Of a stretch of DNA of 64,000 bases, positions 40,290-54,649 are shown piece by piece (positions within the stretch are counted from its first letter, which is position 1; every line of letters begins with the position of its first letter). The notes under the pieces were generated by a model. It was not told the origin of the DNA, made no database searches, and was given only the letters and a program-made list of their open reading frames with translations. The position numbers were made by a program, and so were the translations under genes. This DNA is from Octopus vulgaris (Eukaryota), in assembly GCA_951406725.2 (NCBI GenBank), contig OX597837.1:21080001-21144000 (forward strand), read 5' to 3'.

Positions 40290-40512
40290 ATTGCCCACAA
40301 GGGGCTAAACACAAGGTGGACAAACAAGGACAGACAAACGGATTAAGTCGATTATATCAACCCCAGTGCGTAACTGGTACTTAATTTATCGACCCCGAAA
40401 GGATGAAAGGCAAAGTTGACCTCAGCGAAATTTGAACTCAGAACGTAATGGCAGACGAAATACGGCAACACATTTTGCCTGGCGTGCTAACGTTTCTGCC
40501 AGCTCGCCACCT
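40290..40512 (-). mobile_element. tRNA-derived SINE family B (octopus OR-like). Other copies at about 1960-2175(+), 6005-6210(-), 10830-11030(+), 12570-12745(+), 38660-38870(-), 59505-59685(-), 59710-59915(-)
   Basis: Head GGCGAGCTGGCAGAA.CGTTAGC, B box GAGTTCAAAT, body GTCGACTTTGCCTTTCATCCTTTCGGGGTCGATAAA...GTACCAG. Confidence 0.82.
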
Positions 40513-41550
40513 TCACACAGTTTCTGCCTACCAAATTCCCTCGCAAGGCACTGGTCAACCTGAGCTATATAGTAGAAGACACATGCTCAGCATGTCACAC
40601 AGTAAGGCTGAACACAAAACCACACAGTTGCAGCCTTCCTAAGCACACAGCCAGGTCATTTGCAAAGATCTTAAGCAAGTGTCCAAGTATTTCAGCTGAT
40701 AACTCTCCATGCCAGCATACAAGCCAACAGGAAACACCTGATTTAGCATAATCTAGAAGGATATAGAATACATGTGTTGTGTGTACCCTTCCAATAATGA
40801 ATGTATAGAAATACAGATATATGGTGATGGTATAAGACAGTGATCTTCAACCTTTGGGCTACAGAACAACACCAGGACGTGAATCATTTGGTACCAGGCT
40901 GCATGGAAAGAATTTTTCTTTTGTCTATTACAGTCTGCAAGATGTTTTTGCATTATACATGTGTTATACATGTAATATCAGCATCATTCAACATCCATTT
41001 TCTATGCTGGCATGGGTTGGACAGTTTGACATGAAGCTGGCCAGCCAGAGAGCTGTCCAGGCTCCAATTGTCTATTGTGGCATGGTTTCTACAACTGGAT
41101 GCCCTTCCTAATGCCAACCACTTTACAGAGTATGCTGAGTGCTTTTTGAGTGCTACCTTCACGGGCGCTTTTATATGGCACTGGCACGTATGCACTTTAC
41201 ATTGTACCAGCAAAAATGCATATGTGGCACCAGCACAAGAGCATTTTACGTGACACGGGCATGAGTGCATTTTATGTGGCACAAGCACCAGAAAGACAAA
41301 GACCTTCCAGCTGGGAAAGAAAGAATGGTACATGTATTATTTTCTTATTCATTTACTTGTTTCAGCCATTTGAGTGTGGACATGCTGGAGCACCAGCATG
41401 AAGGGTTTTAGCCAAACAAGTCAATCCCAGGACTTATGTTTTTTAAAGTCTAGTACTTATTCTATCAGTCTCTTTTGCCAAACTGCTAAGTTACGGAGAC
41501 ATAAGCACAACAACACCAGTTGTCAAGCAGTACAGGACAGACAGACACAA

Positions 41551-41590
<40 letters not shown>

Positions 41591-44267
41591 GCCAGCATGG
41601 AAGGTGGACATTAAGTAATGCTGACAATAATGATACAACTGGCTTCTTTCAGTTTCCATGTACCAAATACACTCCTGAGGCTTTAGTAAAAGACACTTGC
41701 CCAAGGTGCCATGCAGTGGGACTGAACCCAGAACCATATGGTTGGGAAGCAAGCTTCTTACTACAGAGCCATGCCTGCACCTATTATATATGTAATGTAT
41801 ATGTACTATATTTAATATTTAGATTATATATTATGTACTTTATTGTGTTTTGTGTTAAATACATAACACACTGGTCCATGGAAAAAACCCCAGTCCATAA
41901 TGTGAAAATGCTTGGGGACTGTTGATGTAGGTAATAGGGTACCTAAAGACTGGTGGAAGTTCCTCTCCACAATCCATCGAAAGTTTAAAGAAAAAAAACA
42001 CGTAAAAGTTGAAGTTAAAAGGTCAAGAAATTTCAACTTGCTTTCGAGAATCATTGCTAACTTAAACAACGAAATCAGTGTAGACGGAGCTAAATAAAGG
42101 CATCACTGAAAAATTTCTTGGTAATTAGGTCACATTAACTAACATCAACATCTTGCCTGCTGACACAATTCTTTCAAAGCAAGCAACAAACTGATTAGGG
42201 AATAAACAATACATTCATACATCAAGGGGGAAGGCGGGGGAAAGCCTCTACATGGTCACTGGACTTGTTAGAAACAGAAGCTAAATCTCACGGAGAGTAC
42301 ACTGCAAGTCAATGGATGGGGGTGGGGGATAACATGGTTATCAACCATGCTAGAAACAACAGCCAAATCTCACTAAAATCAGTAGCAAAGTGTATGCCAT
42401 ATAGCCATCATAAATGGTAGAGGCTCATCACACAACTCAACCCATTAGAAACAGCAGCCAAATCACACTCAAATCAGTAGTAAAGCGTATGCCATATAGC
42501 CATCATACATGATAGAGGCTCTCTACACAGCTTGACCAGTTAGAAATAGCAACCAGATCTTGCTCAAACCACACTAAAAAAATAATAATAATGAACTTAT
42601 TGTATACAGAGCTCAAGTGCACTACAGAAGGAAGAACATATTGGACTATTCAGTACTAGATACACTCTGTTGGTTATGACAAGGGTTCCAGAACAGACTG
42701 TTCCTAAAATTAAGATGCAATTGGCGGGGCACTCCACAGACACACATACCCGTAACATAGTTCTCAGGGAGATTCAGCATTATTCACCAAATGTAACAAG
42801 GTTGGCCCTTTTAACTACAGATGCAATTTAGTGGACTGAAACAACGTGAAATAAAGCGTCTTACTCAAAGGCACAATGCCCCTACCAGGAACTGAACTCA
42901 CAACCTTATAACTGATTGTGCACCAAAGACACTAACCACTAAGTCATGTGTCTTCACATGACCAGAAAACTTTGTGTAATTAGTCTATGACTGGATGTAG
43001 TTAAGAAGTTCACTTTTCAATCATGTTGCATCTTGGGCAAACATCTTTTCTTACAGTTTTAAGTCAACCCACGAATTAAGACAAGCTGGGTCAGTGTAAA
43101 CTGTATAGAAGTCCCCTCATATTGATTGTATTTGTAATTCAAAGGCCCAGCCTCATCATGTATTGTGTCATTCTCATTCTACCAGAAGGCACATGTATAT
43201 CTCTTACCTTTTACTTATTTCAGTCATTAGACTGTGGCTATACTGGAGCACCATCTTGGACAATTTTTAGCCAAATGAATTGACCCCAGTACTTATCTTT
43301 TTTTTTAAGCCTGGTACTTAATCTATTGGTCTCTTTTGCTGAACCACTAGGTTATGTGAATGCAAGTACAACAACACTAGTTGTCAAGTGGTGGTGGGGG
43401 ACAAACACACACACATACGACAGGCTTCTTTCAGTTTCCATCTACCAAATCCATTCACAAGGCTTTGGTCAGCCCAAGGCTATAACAGAAGTGTGTCACA
43501 CAGTGGAACTGAACCCAGAACCATGTGGTTGGGAAGCAAGCTTCTTACCACACAGCCATCCCTGCACCAGTAGAATATTCTCATATTAATTTGATGAGTA
43601 GGTAGTTATAGCAACTGAATGTATGTCATCAAATGCTGACAGAAGATCCAGAGATAAAGTCTATAACATCTATGATTATGAATTCACAAAGGTGACTAAT
43701 TGGATGTCAATGGTTCTTTTAGTTTTTCTTTCCTTTTTTCAGTGCAGACAGTAGCAACTTTAAGAACTAATTAGTTACCTTCATGTACACACTCAGCAAA
43801 CTTATGAACATATAAAAGCACATCAATATATTTTAACATAAAAAAAAAACCATAAACATACACTTCGTCATCATCATTTAACATCCATTTTCCATGCTGG
43901 CATGGGTTGGATAGTTTGACCAGAGTTGGTAAGGCCAGGAGCTGCACCAGGCTCCAGTGTCTGTTCTGGCTTGGTTTCTGCTGCTGGACGACCTACCTAA
44001 TGCCAACCACTCCACAGAGTGTACTGGGTGCTTTTAATGTGGCACCAGTACCAGTGCTTTTAATGTAGCCCCACATTTCATGTCATTTCACACACTTCAT
44101 ACACATACAATTCGTGTATGCATTTATGTGAGTAGGTGTGTATGTGTGTGTGTATGATTACTGGCCATCTCGCTTCAGCCTATCACCAGGTACTAACCTC
44201 GTATGTTGACTTATGTATATATTTATAACACACACATAGATGTGTGTGTGTGTATATCTCTCTCTCT

Positions 44268-44309
<42 letters not shown>

Positions 44310-44684
44310 CACACATATATACACATCACTTAGTATATTGAGATTATGATCTAAACTACTATTTTTACATATATATATATATATAGATAGATAGATAGAG
44401 AGAGAGAGAAAGAGAGAGCTGTGTGTGTGTGTGTGCGCGTACATGCACATATGCATATTTTAATTGGCAGAAGATACAAAGTATCTCAAGGACTGAGTGT
44501 TTCATGCATGCCACTTACCAAATTCTCGGCTCTTCAGTCACTTTGTAACTCCTGCCAATTTAAAAAAATATAGAAACGTTTTGGGTTCTATTTCATTGTT
44601 TGATCTACAACACCTACATATAAACACATAAATATTTTGGATATTGAGATTAAGATGTATTTTTTTACACACAAACACAAAGCT

Positions 44685-45418
44685 TAGTGGTTAAGGTGTT
44701 GCCCTCACAATGGTAAGAATGCAATTTTGATTCCCAGATTAGGCAGTGCATTCAACATCTGATGTATAGCATACTTGTGCACCTGTACAGGTAATGTCAG
44801 TTTGATGGAGGTAGTGAGCTCATGTGAACACAAACATTTCACCACTATAAACAAATCATCTGTGTGGTTATTTGACAAGAAACTGTGGAACCGTCATCCA
44901 TTGTCTAACAATTTGCTGTGCTTGAGAAGACACATCAAGCTAAGCGAAATCATAGCTGTGGCTAGTGCTGGAGTCACACAAAAGGCACCTGTGCTAGTGA
45001 TATGTGAGAGGCACCGATGCCAGTGACACATAAAAGGTACCCAACTGGTGAGACATAAAAGGCACCTGTGCCAGTGACATAAAAAAAGTACCCATCTGGC
45101 GACACACAAAAGGCACCTGCACCAGTGACACACAAAAGGCACCTGTGCCAGTGACACACAAAAGGCACCTGTGCCAGTGACACATAAAAGGTACCCATCC
45201 GGTGACACACAAAAGGCACCTGTGCCAGTGACACATAAAAGGCACCTGTACCAGTGACAGATAAAAGACACCAGTACATTCTGTGGAATGGTATCCAGCC
45301 ATAGAAACCAAGTCAAAACAGGCTGGAGATTGGTGCAGTTCTCCAACTTAACAGTTCCAGTCAAACCATCTTACCCATACCAGCATGGAAAATGACAGTA
45401 AATGATGACAATGATGAC
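44685..45418 (+). mobile_element. SINE family D with (ATG)n tail and internal minisatellite. 3' fragments at about 3160-3330, 12840-13015, 34795-35000, 39460-39600, 40980-41290(-), 43868-44070(-), 51090-51280, 63735-64000
   Basis: tRNA-like head (GCTTAGTGGTTAAGGTG) and a shared 3' block ...CATCCAGCC.TAGAAACCA...CCAGCATGGAAAA...ATGATGA. Confidence 0.7.
44964..45275 (+). repeat. 25/26-bp minisatellite, about 12 units
   Basis: Units GGCACCTGTGCCAGTGACACA(C/T)AAAA (26 bp) and GGTACCCATCCGGTGACACACAAAA (25 bp). Confidence 0.93.
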
Positions 45419-46191
45419 ACACTTTGCATAGAGAGATTCATATATTTATGAAGGTATTTCTTTTGTCATTCATGAATAAATACAACAAACTGCTAGCATA
45501 GATCAATACTTCAAATCTGTAAGGTTTAACACTACTCGTTTTTACTCCTTTTATGGGTAAAACTTGAAAGTTTGTTAGTTTCCTAATGTTCCAGATATGC
45601 TGCTTTGAATTGATCTCATTGTTATTAAACTGGGGTGTAGGGGTGGACCATGCTGGATTGATCTGAATGTAATATTTAATTATTTATTTGCTAATTGTTC
45701 AGTAAGCCCACCAGTGCCTTCAACATCAAATTAAATTTTTTGAAATTAATTTTTTTTTTAAATATGACATTTGAGGGTGTTACAGAAATCATGAAATACA
45801 TGAATGTAACAGTAAGAAATTAACAAAGGATTTAATGCCTCTTTAACAAGAATTAACCAAATTAATAGATTGTCAAATACGGAGGAGGAACTGGAGGCAG
45901 TAAAATTTAAGTGAAAAAAAACCTAATGAAGATGAACAATTAATTAATTCTTTTACTTGTTATAGCCATTGAGCTGTGGCCATGCTGCAGCACAGGCTTG
46001 TAGGCTGTAGTCAAACAAATCCAATACTAAGGATTTTTCAAGTCTGATACTTATTCTATCAAATTTCTTTTGCCAAATTGCTAAGTTAAGGCAATGTAAA
46101 CAAACCAACACCAGTTGTCAAATAGTGGAATGAAGAGCAAACACAAACAAGCACACACACAATGTGTGTGTGTGTGTGTGTATGTGTGCAT

Positions 46192-46500
46192 AGGTGGAGA
46201 ATTCACAAAAAAACAAAAGACGAAGACAGATGATGTAGACAACAAACAGATGTAATAGTATAATGCTTGGGAAGTGAAAAAGTCTTTAACGTTTCGAGCC
46301 TATGCTCTTCCACAGAAAGGAACACAGAAAGAAACAGGGAGAGAAAATAAAGAATGTGTAGTGGCTAGCAATCTATCATGGCGAATGCCAGACAGAAGGA
46401 TCACACAGGAGAGCTAGAGAGAAGGGGAGATAATAAAGTAGTGGTGATCCCAATACGAAGGTGCACGTGTGTGTATGTGTAGATGTGAAAATGTGGGAAG
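46192..46500 (-). mobile_element. Family E copy (longer), inserted in a family-A SINE
   Basis: Reverse complement of family E. Motif at 46284-46319: CTTT-CTGTGGA-A-GAGC(ATAG)GCTC-GAAA-CGTT-AAAG. Confidence 0.65.
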
Positions 46501-49500
46501 TGGTCAGTGCTGATGTGTGCGTGGTGGTATGTTGTGATGTTTTGTGTGGTATGGTGGTGTAAGGTGTAGTGGTGTGATGGTGTTGGGAGGTGGGGGAGGC
46601 GAGAGTGGGGAAAACAAGGGTGGGGGTAGAGGTGGGGTGGCCCAGGGCTATAGTAGAAGACATTTGTCCAAGGTGCTGTGCAATGGGACTGAACCTGAAA
46701 TCACGTGGTTTCAAAGTGAGCTTCTTAAAAACACGGCCATTCCTGTGCCTATGTAAACAAAAATCACAATAGTTTTCTAAATAGGCAGAATCACTTATCC
46801 TGACCCAATAGAACAGATGGAAAAGGAGATGGGGAAGCAATCCATAACATTGAAAGGGTGAGGGAATGTGTGAAAGGAAAAGTTTGGGGAAGATAGCACC
46901 TGAATATGATTTATATCAGATGATGAATGACCACACAACAGGAAACCCACTCCAATGGGGTTTGAACTCAGAATGAAAGCAACGGAAATAAACACTCAGA
47001 AAGGTATTTAAACACTCCTACTTTTAGTACTGATATTAGTAGCTTTCTTGAATATTTATCATTGTTCAGCCCTAGGTTGGCCCTAATGGAGCACAACTAT
47101 GACCAAAACATTCCAACCATGATCATTTCATTTTTTTATACATCTATTTTTATACATTTATACATTTATACATCAGCTGATGTGGTCTTCAACTTTGAAG
47201 AGAGTAGGATGAGAATTGCAAGAGATTTGACTGTTATTTCTAGTAGGTTAAGCAACCTGGGTGATAGACCTTAAAATGTTGCTTTAGCATAGTCTACTAC
47301 AGTAGACAGTCTGTGCTGTAAAATGACTTGGTCTGGGTTAGGATTAGTTTTAATGCTAGGGCTTAGAGCAAGAGTTTTCAATCATTCTTTTTTTATCTAT
47401 GAACCCCCCCCCACACACACACACACACACTTGATTACTATTTTATTCTGACAGACCCCCATAGCCATTTGATGTCTAAAAATTAGTTTTATAGCTCCTT
47501 CTTTCAAAATTCCTATTTTGCTTTTCACACATTAACTTGTATAGGTTGAACTGTGTAAAATATAGAAAAAAACTAGCTGTTTCTTGCAATACATACCAAT
47601 ACATAGATCTGAAGCAAAATTTTTTCAGGAGCCCTTAAAATACTTTTGTGGATCTCTAATTTACTATTGTTATGTGGACCCCAAAAAAATCTTATATGGA
47701 CCCTGGTTGAAAACCACTGGTTTGGAGTTAAGTTTTGGGTTAGCATTTACAGTTATGGTTCGAGGTTAGGATTTTGTGTATGGATTAGGATTAGAGTTGG
47801 GGTTAAACTGCACGGTAAAGTGTAACTGTCTTGGGAGAACACACACTAAAGTAGAGCAGACCTTAATCTGTTGCCCAGTTCAATACCACCATCTGACCTC
47901 CTGGTGGGGGTGGCTTCAGCACAGTCCATTCTGTCACAAGGACTCTTGGTTTGAGAGTAGTTCCTTTCCTTCCTACCACAAGCCTCAGAAGCCTTGTAGT
48001 GAGTCAAGAGCACTACCTTCACTCCCTCCACCCTTACCCAATTACCTCTGAGGTTCCCTTGTTGCTCAGTTAGCTGTTTGTTATTTCTCAGAAGTGCTAT
48101 TCCCAGTTGTCATGGAGATAGATGGTCTCTCTACTAAACAACTTCAAAAAGTAGACAGGCTCAAAGAATTGAAACCATTTCCTAAGAGACAACAGCAGTA
48201 GGTCACCAATTAACAGAGCTTAGTTTCCTGTACCTCTTGTGTATGTAGGGTGAAACATACAGTAACAAATTATATTAATGGCTTATACAGGCATGGGAAT
48301 GGAGCTGCAGTGACACTCATGCCTTTCCCAAATACAAATGATCTAAGAATAGTAGTTATGATTCCTTTTCTCTAAGATACTATATTTGTTGTTGTTGTGG
48401 CAGTGGTGGTGGTGTAGACAGGGGGCAGTGTTTGAGGGTAGTGTCAGATTAAGCTTGATAAAGAAAATCTATGATTCAAAAGGCATTCCAGCTGTGACCA
48501 TCTCCCAGTGCAGCTAGAATTACATTATCCATTGTACTGTTTTGGAAGATGAGGGAATGTTCTGAAGGAGATCTAGCTTTAAAAAGTAGGTCAAGCCGCC
48601 AGTGTTGAAGTGGACACTGTAATGGACAAATGGTAAATGTTGCTGTTTTTAACCCAGGTCAGCTCTGACCTAGAAAAGATATTCCAGCCACAACCAATCA
48701 ATAGCCAATGATGATTAGATTTTGATTTTTAAGAGAGTGGGGTGCAATTTAAAAGAAATTAGGCTGCTATTTTAGCTTATCAAACAACCACAGAGACTCC
48801 GTACAATATTTAAGAAGATAAGAAAATTTAACTAATTAAATCAACACTCCCCTTCTGATTTTGTCTGTAATATTTACCCACAGGTATATATCAAGGTCAG
48901 GTGAGGCAGGCAATTTGTACTACAGAGGTAGATGCTTCAACACAATACTACACATAGAGATGCAAAGTGAGGGAGCCTCCACATAGCTAATCGATCTGCT
49001 AAAACTAACAGAAAAATCTCTCAAATCCTAGCATACCATTTAAAAAAAAGGAAGGAGTCAATATAGTTATAAATGTACCAAAAGAAGGATGGTCACTGAT
49101 GGAATGCCTCTGATCATAGCTTGATTCAATCAGGGTTAACTAGAGTCTGAACAACCCATATAAAAACACACATTTTCATATGAATATATAAATTTACATA
49201 TATATTTTACCCTATCTCTATCTCTCTCTCTCTCTACACACACACATATATATATATATATATAAAAATAAACTTGCCCCAGGTGACTCACAGTGAGATA
49301 CAATCTGAAACCACGTGAATGCAAAGCATGGCTGTGTGGTCAAGAAAATTGATTCTCAACCACTTAGTTCCAGGTTCAGTCCCATTACATGGCAGTATCT
49401 TCTACAATAGACCAAGGCCAATCAAAGCCTTGTGAGTGTATTTGATAGAGAGTAATTAATGGAAACCCATCATATATATATATATGTGTGTGTGTGTGAG

Positions 49501-51559
49501 TGTGCAGGCGTGGCTGTGTGGTAAGATGCTTGCTTCCCAAACTACATGGTTCTGAGTTCGGTCCCACTGCACAGCACCTTGGGCAAATGTCTTCTACTAT
49601 GGCCTTGGGCCAATTGAAGACTTGTGAGTGGATTCAGTAGATGGAGACTGAAAGAAACCAGTCATATATGTGTGTGTTTGTCCTCCATCACCACTATACA
49701 CCAGTATTGGTGTGTTTATGTCCCCTTAACTTAGCAAATTGGCAAAAAGACAGATAAAATAAGTACTAGGCTTTTAAAAAAATAAGTCCCAGGGGTCAAT
49801 TTGACTAAAACTCTTCAAGACAATGCTCCAGCATGGCCGCAGTCAAATGACTGAAACATGTAAAAGAATATACATAAATAGATATATGAGATGATTATAT
49901 GGGAATAAATCATCCAGGCAGATACCGTAATAGCTCTCAGGTATATTCCAGATATGGCTAACCATATCAATTAGAAGCATCAAGACACAAATACATATGC
50001 ACTTAATATACACACACACATATATATATATGTATACATATATATAACTTGCATATGTGTTTGTGTCTTCATGTAATGGTATCACAGGATAGTTGTAAAT
50101 GAATGCCACTGTTATACAAGCAAGCAGAGTCCTTTCTTTCCAATATTCCCTGAAAACACATCCAAACAGGGGTGGGAGGAAACATTACTTTACTTGGAAT
50201 CAGGAAGGGCATCCAGCTGTAGAAAGTCCAAATCTACCTCAACAAATGCTATCTGACCCATGCAAGGATGGAAAAGTGAACATTAAAAACAATGACAATG
50301 GCATTGGTCAACCAGAAGCAAGAGTTAAAAGTGGTGTGCTTAGTACTGAACTCAAAATGACGGGTATGCCTATACCCACGTTTCAAGCACTTAATACTCA
50401 ACATCACTTTATATATTCTTCACTCACATCATTCTGGCTTGACTACACACTGGTCACTGATCCTACTTGTTCCTGAGTGATATCAAATTCTATCTGACCA
50501 ACAGATGTCCAAAGTCATACATTAGACTAATATTTTAATAAAACCTAAAATGTAGCATTGCTAAAATGTAGCCATTATATATATATATATATATGTATAT
50601 ATAGATTTCTTATTAAATTTATGTCACCATTTTTCCTCAGTAATACTGTAATTAACTATAATTTCCCTACAGGCTGGCTCACTGCATTTATGGTGACAAA
50701 AGCTGATGACCAGAGCACCTCAGGTGAAATAAATACTTCAATAGATGTTTGTTCAAATGCACTAGTTTGTATTCTTTTCTCTTCAATATTTACAACTTTA
50801 ATTAATCAATGAATGGTATACAAATACATCTATATCTATCTATCCACAGACAGACAGACAGATAGATACATGTGTTTGTGTTAATAGGTGCAAGTATGGC
50901 TGTGTGGTAAGCAGTTTGCTTCCCAACCACTTGGTTTCAGTTCAGCCGCCACTACATTGCACATAGGGCAAATGTCTTTTACTATAGCCCCAAATCAAAG
51001 CCTTGTGAGTGGATTTGATACACAGAAACTGAAAGAAGCCCATCACGTGTACATTACTACTGTCTATATTAATTTTATATATATATGTTGGTGCCGCATA
51101 AAAAGCAAATGTGCTGGTGCCATGTAAAAAGGACCCGAGTACACTCTTTGAAGTGGCTAGCATCAGGAAAGGCATCCAGCTATAGAAACCATGCCAGAAC
51201 AGACAATTGGATCCTGATGCAGCTCTCTGGCTTGCCAGCTCCTGTCAAACTGCCCAATTTTCCAGAATGGAAAATGATGATTGTGTGTGTGTCTGTGTGT
51301 GTATAATACCTACACACACACATCTCAAAAGGAGCTGGTTAACCCTAGAGTATGGTAGCATAAACTTGCCCACGGCACCCTGCAACAAACTAGAACTTGT
51401 AACCACGTAGGTGTGAAGCACACTTCTTAACCACCTAGTCATGGTTGTACTTATACCTGTTGCTAGTTTAATGAGAGGAGGCTTGTACTAAAAAACAAAA
51501 ATAATAAAATAAATGGAAAAAGAAAATAACCAAAGAAGATGTGAATTCCAGAAGCTGCA

Positions 51560-51866
51560 GCAAAAGCAACCCAATTAGCAGAGTAACAATTCTAAATAAA
51601 AGCTGGCAGGCAATAAGCATTCCTAGTACCAGTGAAATGGTAGGGTACACCCACTCCACACTGTCTGTGGATGGCAATAGGAAAGACATCCACTTGTTAA
51701 AAACCAGACTAAATAACATGTTGTACCCAACAAAGAAGATGAATGGGTCTTCGATGTTGTTGAGTAAGTTACTAACTGACTGCAACAAGTGATAGGATGC
51801 TGTGTTGGGACAGACTTGTGTAATATGCCAGCATGGGACAACATGACATGATGATGATGATGATGA
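51560..51866 (+). mobile_element. Probable RTE-like LINE 3' end
   Basis: Decayed coding-like sequence ending in an (ATG)n tail typical of RTE-related elements. Confidence 0.35.
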
Positions 51867-54649
51867 ATCTAGATCAGTTTTTTCCCCAACCATTTATTAC
51901 CTTTGCACTTCTTTGATTCCTGTTTTACTCAGATGGACCCTTCTTGTCATTCAATGTTTAAAAAAATATTATACGCTTATAATCAACCCTTTAGCATTTA
52001 AACCAGGCATATCCAGCCCAGTATTATATTTGCTTTATGTTCAACCCAGCTAGATCTGACTTCTTACACTTAACCTACAATATCATTCTAAAACTATACA
52101 CTCACATCATCAAAATCTCAAAGCTACACGATAATGCCTGATCAATTAAAAAAATTGTGAATAAATAAGCAATATATTTGACAGAATAATTTGAACACTA
52201 AGGGGTTAAATATTATTAGGAATTGTATCAAAAAATTTAAGATATTTTGTGTATTGCAGAAGCAAAACTAATTAATTGCAGATATATTTTGACAACAAAA
52301 TCTTATATGGATCCCAGTCGAGAACCACTGATCTAAATAGTTTCTATGACCTACAATCACCCTGTGTGTGTATGTCTACAATTTTCCTTTTTTCTTTTTG
52401 TGAGTGTGAAATTTCACGTTGCACATTTTTAAAGAATGTGTTTGTGTTGTGTATGGTACAGCACTATGGTGGATATCTCTATGTTAATGTCAGACGCTTG
52501 CTTACATACAGGTTTCAACAATAGCATCTGCCAGAGAGACAATTCATAAACCATATCGGTTATCAATGGGTGAGACACTTCCTGTCAGAGCAGCTGACAT
52601 TGGATGTGTGTGTGTATGTGTGTGTGTGTGTCAATAAGAGGTGTTGCTCCAGATTAACTCTTACTGATCAGACTTATCAAAAGTATTGCCATCCATAACT
52701 ATCCCGTCTTTTGTATATCTAGGACTACACTGTCTTAAGTGCCCTTCCACAATTCAATATGATAGTGTGATTTAAGGGACATCTGACAGCTACTTCTAAC
52801 CAGTTGGCTTGTATATTTGCTTCCTTCACAAGAAAAACACCCGAAATGGAAATGAGTGAAGGAGGAAGCCTCTATGTACGCAATCGACCCGCTAGAAATA
52901 GCAGCCAAAACAAAAAACCCTGCCGTCATACAAAAAAGGGGTCATTAATTAGTATAGTCCCAGAAGGCGATCTTTGAGCTTAAAACATCCCTTGCACATT
53001 TGTCAATCAAGATGGCGCAATCAGAAGTTAATGGTCCGAATCTAACACGCCGAAAGAATTCAAAGCGAAATATGCACGTTTGATATACACCACGCTTTGC
53101 TATATTTGGACAAAGTGTACCCGGTGGGGGGGGGGGGAGACGGGATAGTCGTGACTGGAATGCTTTTAATCAGAAGAGTGCTCGATCAAGGCAGATTCAG
53201 AGCGAAACAACAGCCGACAGCCGGGCGAATTCTAGGTAAACGTAACGCAAAATATGGCACTTGCTACCTGGTTAATTACCTTTCGCACGGAATTACGACG
53301 GGGGAGAAAAAATATATATTTTCGATTTTACCCTACGAGGGGTTGTTTTTCATATTGAAGAGGGGTTTAATAAGCGTTTTTGCTAAGAATGAAGCACAAA
53401 CGAAACCGAAATTCCCAGTAGTTTTTGGTAGCAGTACCTGTATTGACAAGGATAATTATGCTGGTCCACAATTTTGCCAACATGAGTTATCTTTCTTTAT
53501 TTAATTCTACTTCCGTACACAACGATGATGATGATGAGATTAGCCATTCAGTACTTGTAATTAAACAATAAGGACAGCTACTAGAAAGGAAAATAAATAT
53601 ATCTCGCACACACGTCGTCAAATGACAACGTGGAGGTACTTTTAACGGTGGATCAAAGCTGTCAAACCAAGCACACAGGAGGTGTGAAGGCAACAGGTGT
53701 CGCAAAACAATGTTAGCAACGTAACGCAACCGCCGTGGATTGACAGAATCTACTCAAAGAATCAAATAAAATGTCTTTCAGTATTAATGTAGCGTTATTT
53801 ATGTTCTGTGCTGAGCCTAAATTCTTTCAGGGACGACTTTACCGTTCACCTTTCCGCGGAGGTAAGGTGGTCGATAAAATAAGTACCTATCACACACTGG
53901 AATCGATATCGTCGTCTATTCACTCGCTCCCTAAATTCGAAACCATGTGTTCATGCTAGAAATCAATAGAGGCATGACAACAAAATGTTGGTCAGTTAAT
54001 TAACCCCGATGCAATGCCCTTTCGTATCGTCTTCACACGCAGACACACCTCCATAAGCGTGTCCGCCCCACACACAAGACTCTTACAAATTTGTTTCCTC
54101 ATAACTTTGAGGAAAATGGATATTTGTTAATGAAATTTTCTACAAATATATTTCAGGTGCTGCAGATTCCGATTAAACCGTAATTTGTTGTGAGAAAATA
54201 TATTTTGGAGATGGGGGTGGAGCGGAGAGGGTGTTTCTGATAATTCACATGAGTCGACTTTGTTTCCACATAACTTTCAGAAAAAAGGGGAATTTTATAA
54301 TGAGATTTCCAACAAATACTTTTCCGGATGTGTAAGATTACGATTGCATCAGAATTTAATGTAATAAAACAAAAATTAGTGCATGCCATATAAGAACTAT
54401 CCATTTTTGTGAAAATTATGGGAAAACAAAGTGTTTGAGGTGGGGTGGGGACACTTGTGTGTGTATGCCTACATATGTAACTTCCTAAATGAGAATGAAG
54501 TCTGAAAGATGTGAGGAAAATGAGATTATATAACGTTTTCCAAAACCTTTAGGTCAGGTAAAAATTGTGAAACCTGGCAATCGAAGCTATGTTTTAAGAT
54601 TATTTTATGAATAAAGTTCAAAATTTGTTGTTGAATTGCCTTTGCAGTT

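Noticed and set aside
41374-41925. 183-aa ORF
   Set aside because: Runs through an antisense family-A SINE and a microsatellite. No protein-like features.
41912-42097. Basic 61-aa ORF
   Set aside because: Non-ATG start, no splice context or homology recognised. Probably a repeat fragment.
44894-45364. Repetitive ORFs and a CRISPR-like look of the 25/26-bp array
   Set aside because: Contiguous tandem units with no unique spacers, in a eukaryotic SINE context, with no cas genes.
53097-53504. 135-aa plus-strand ORF in the CpG-rich intron
   Set aside because: TTG start, runs through a poly-G tract and repeat fragments, and has no recognisable domain.
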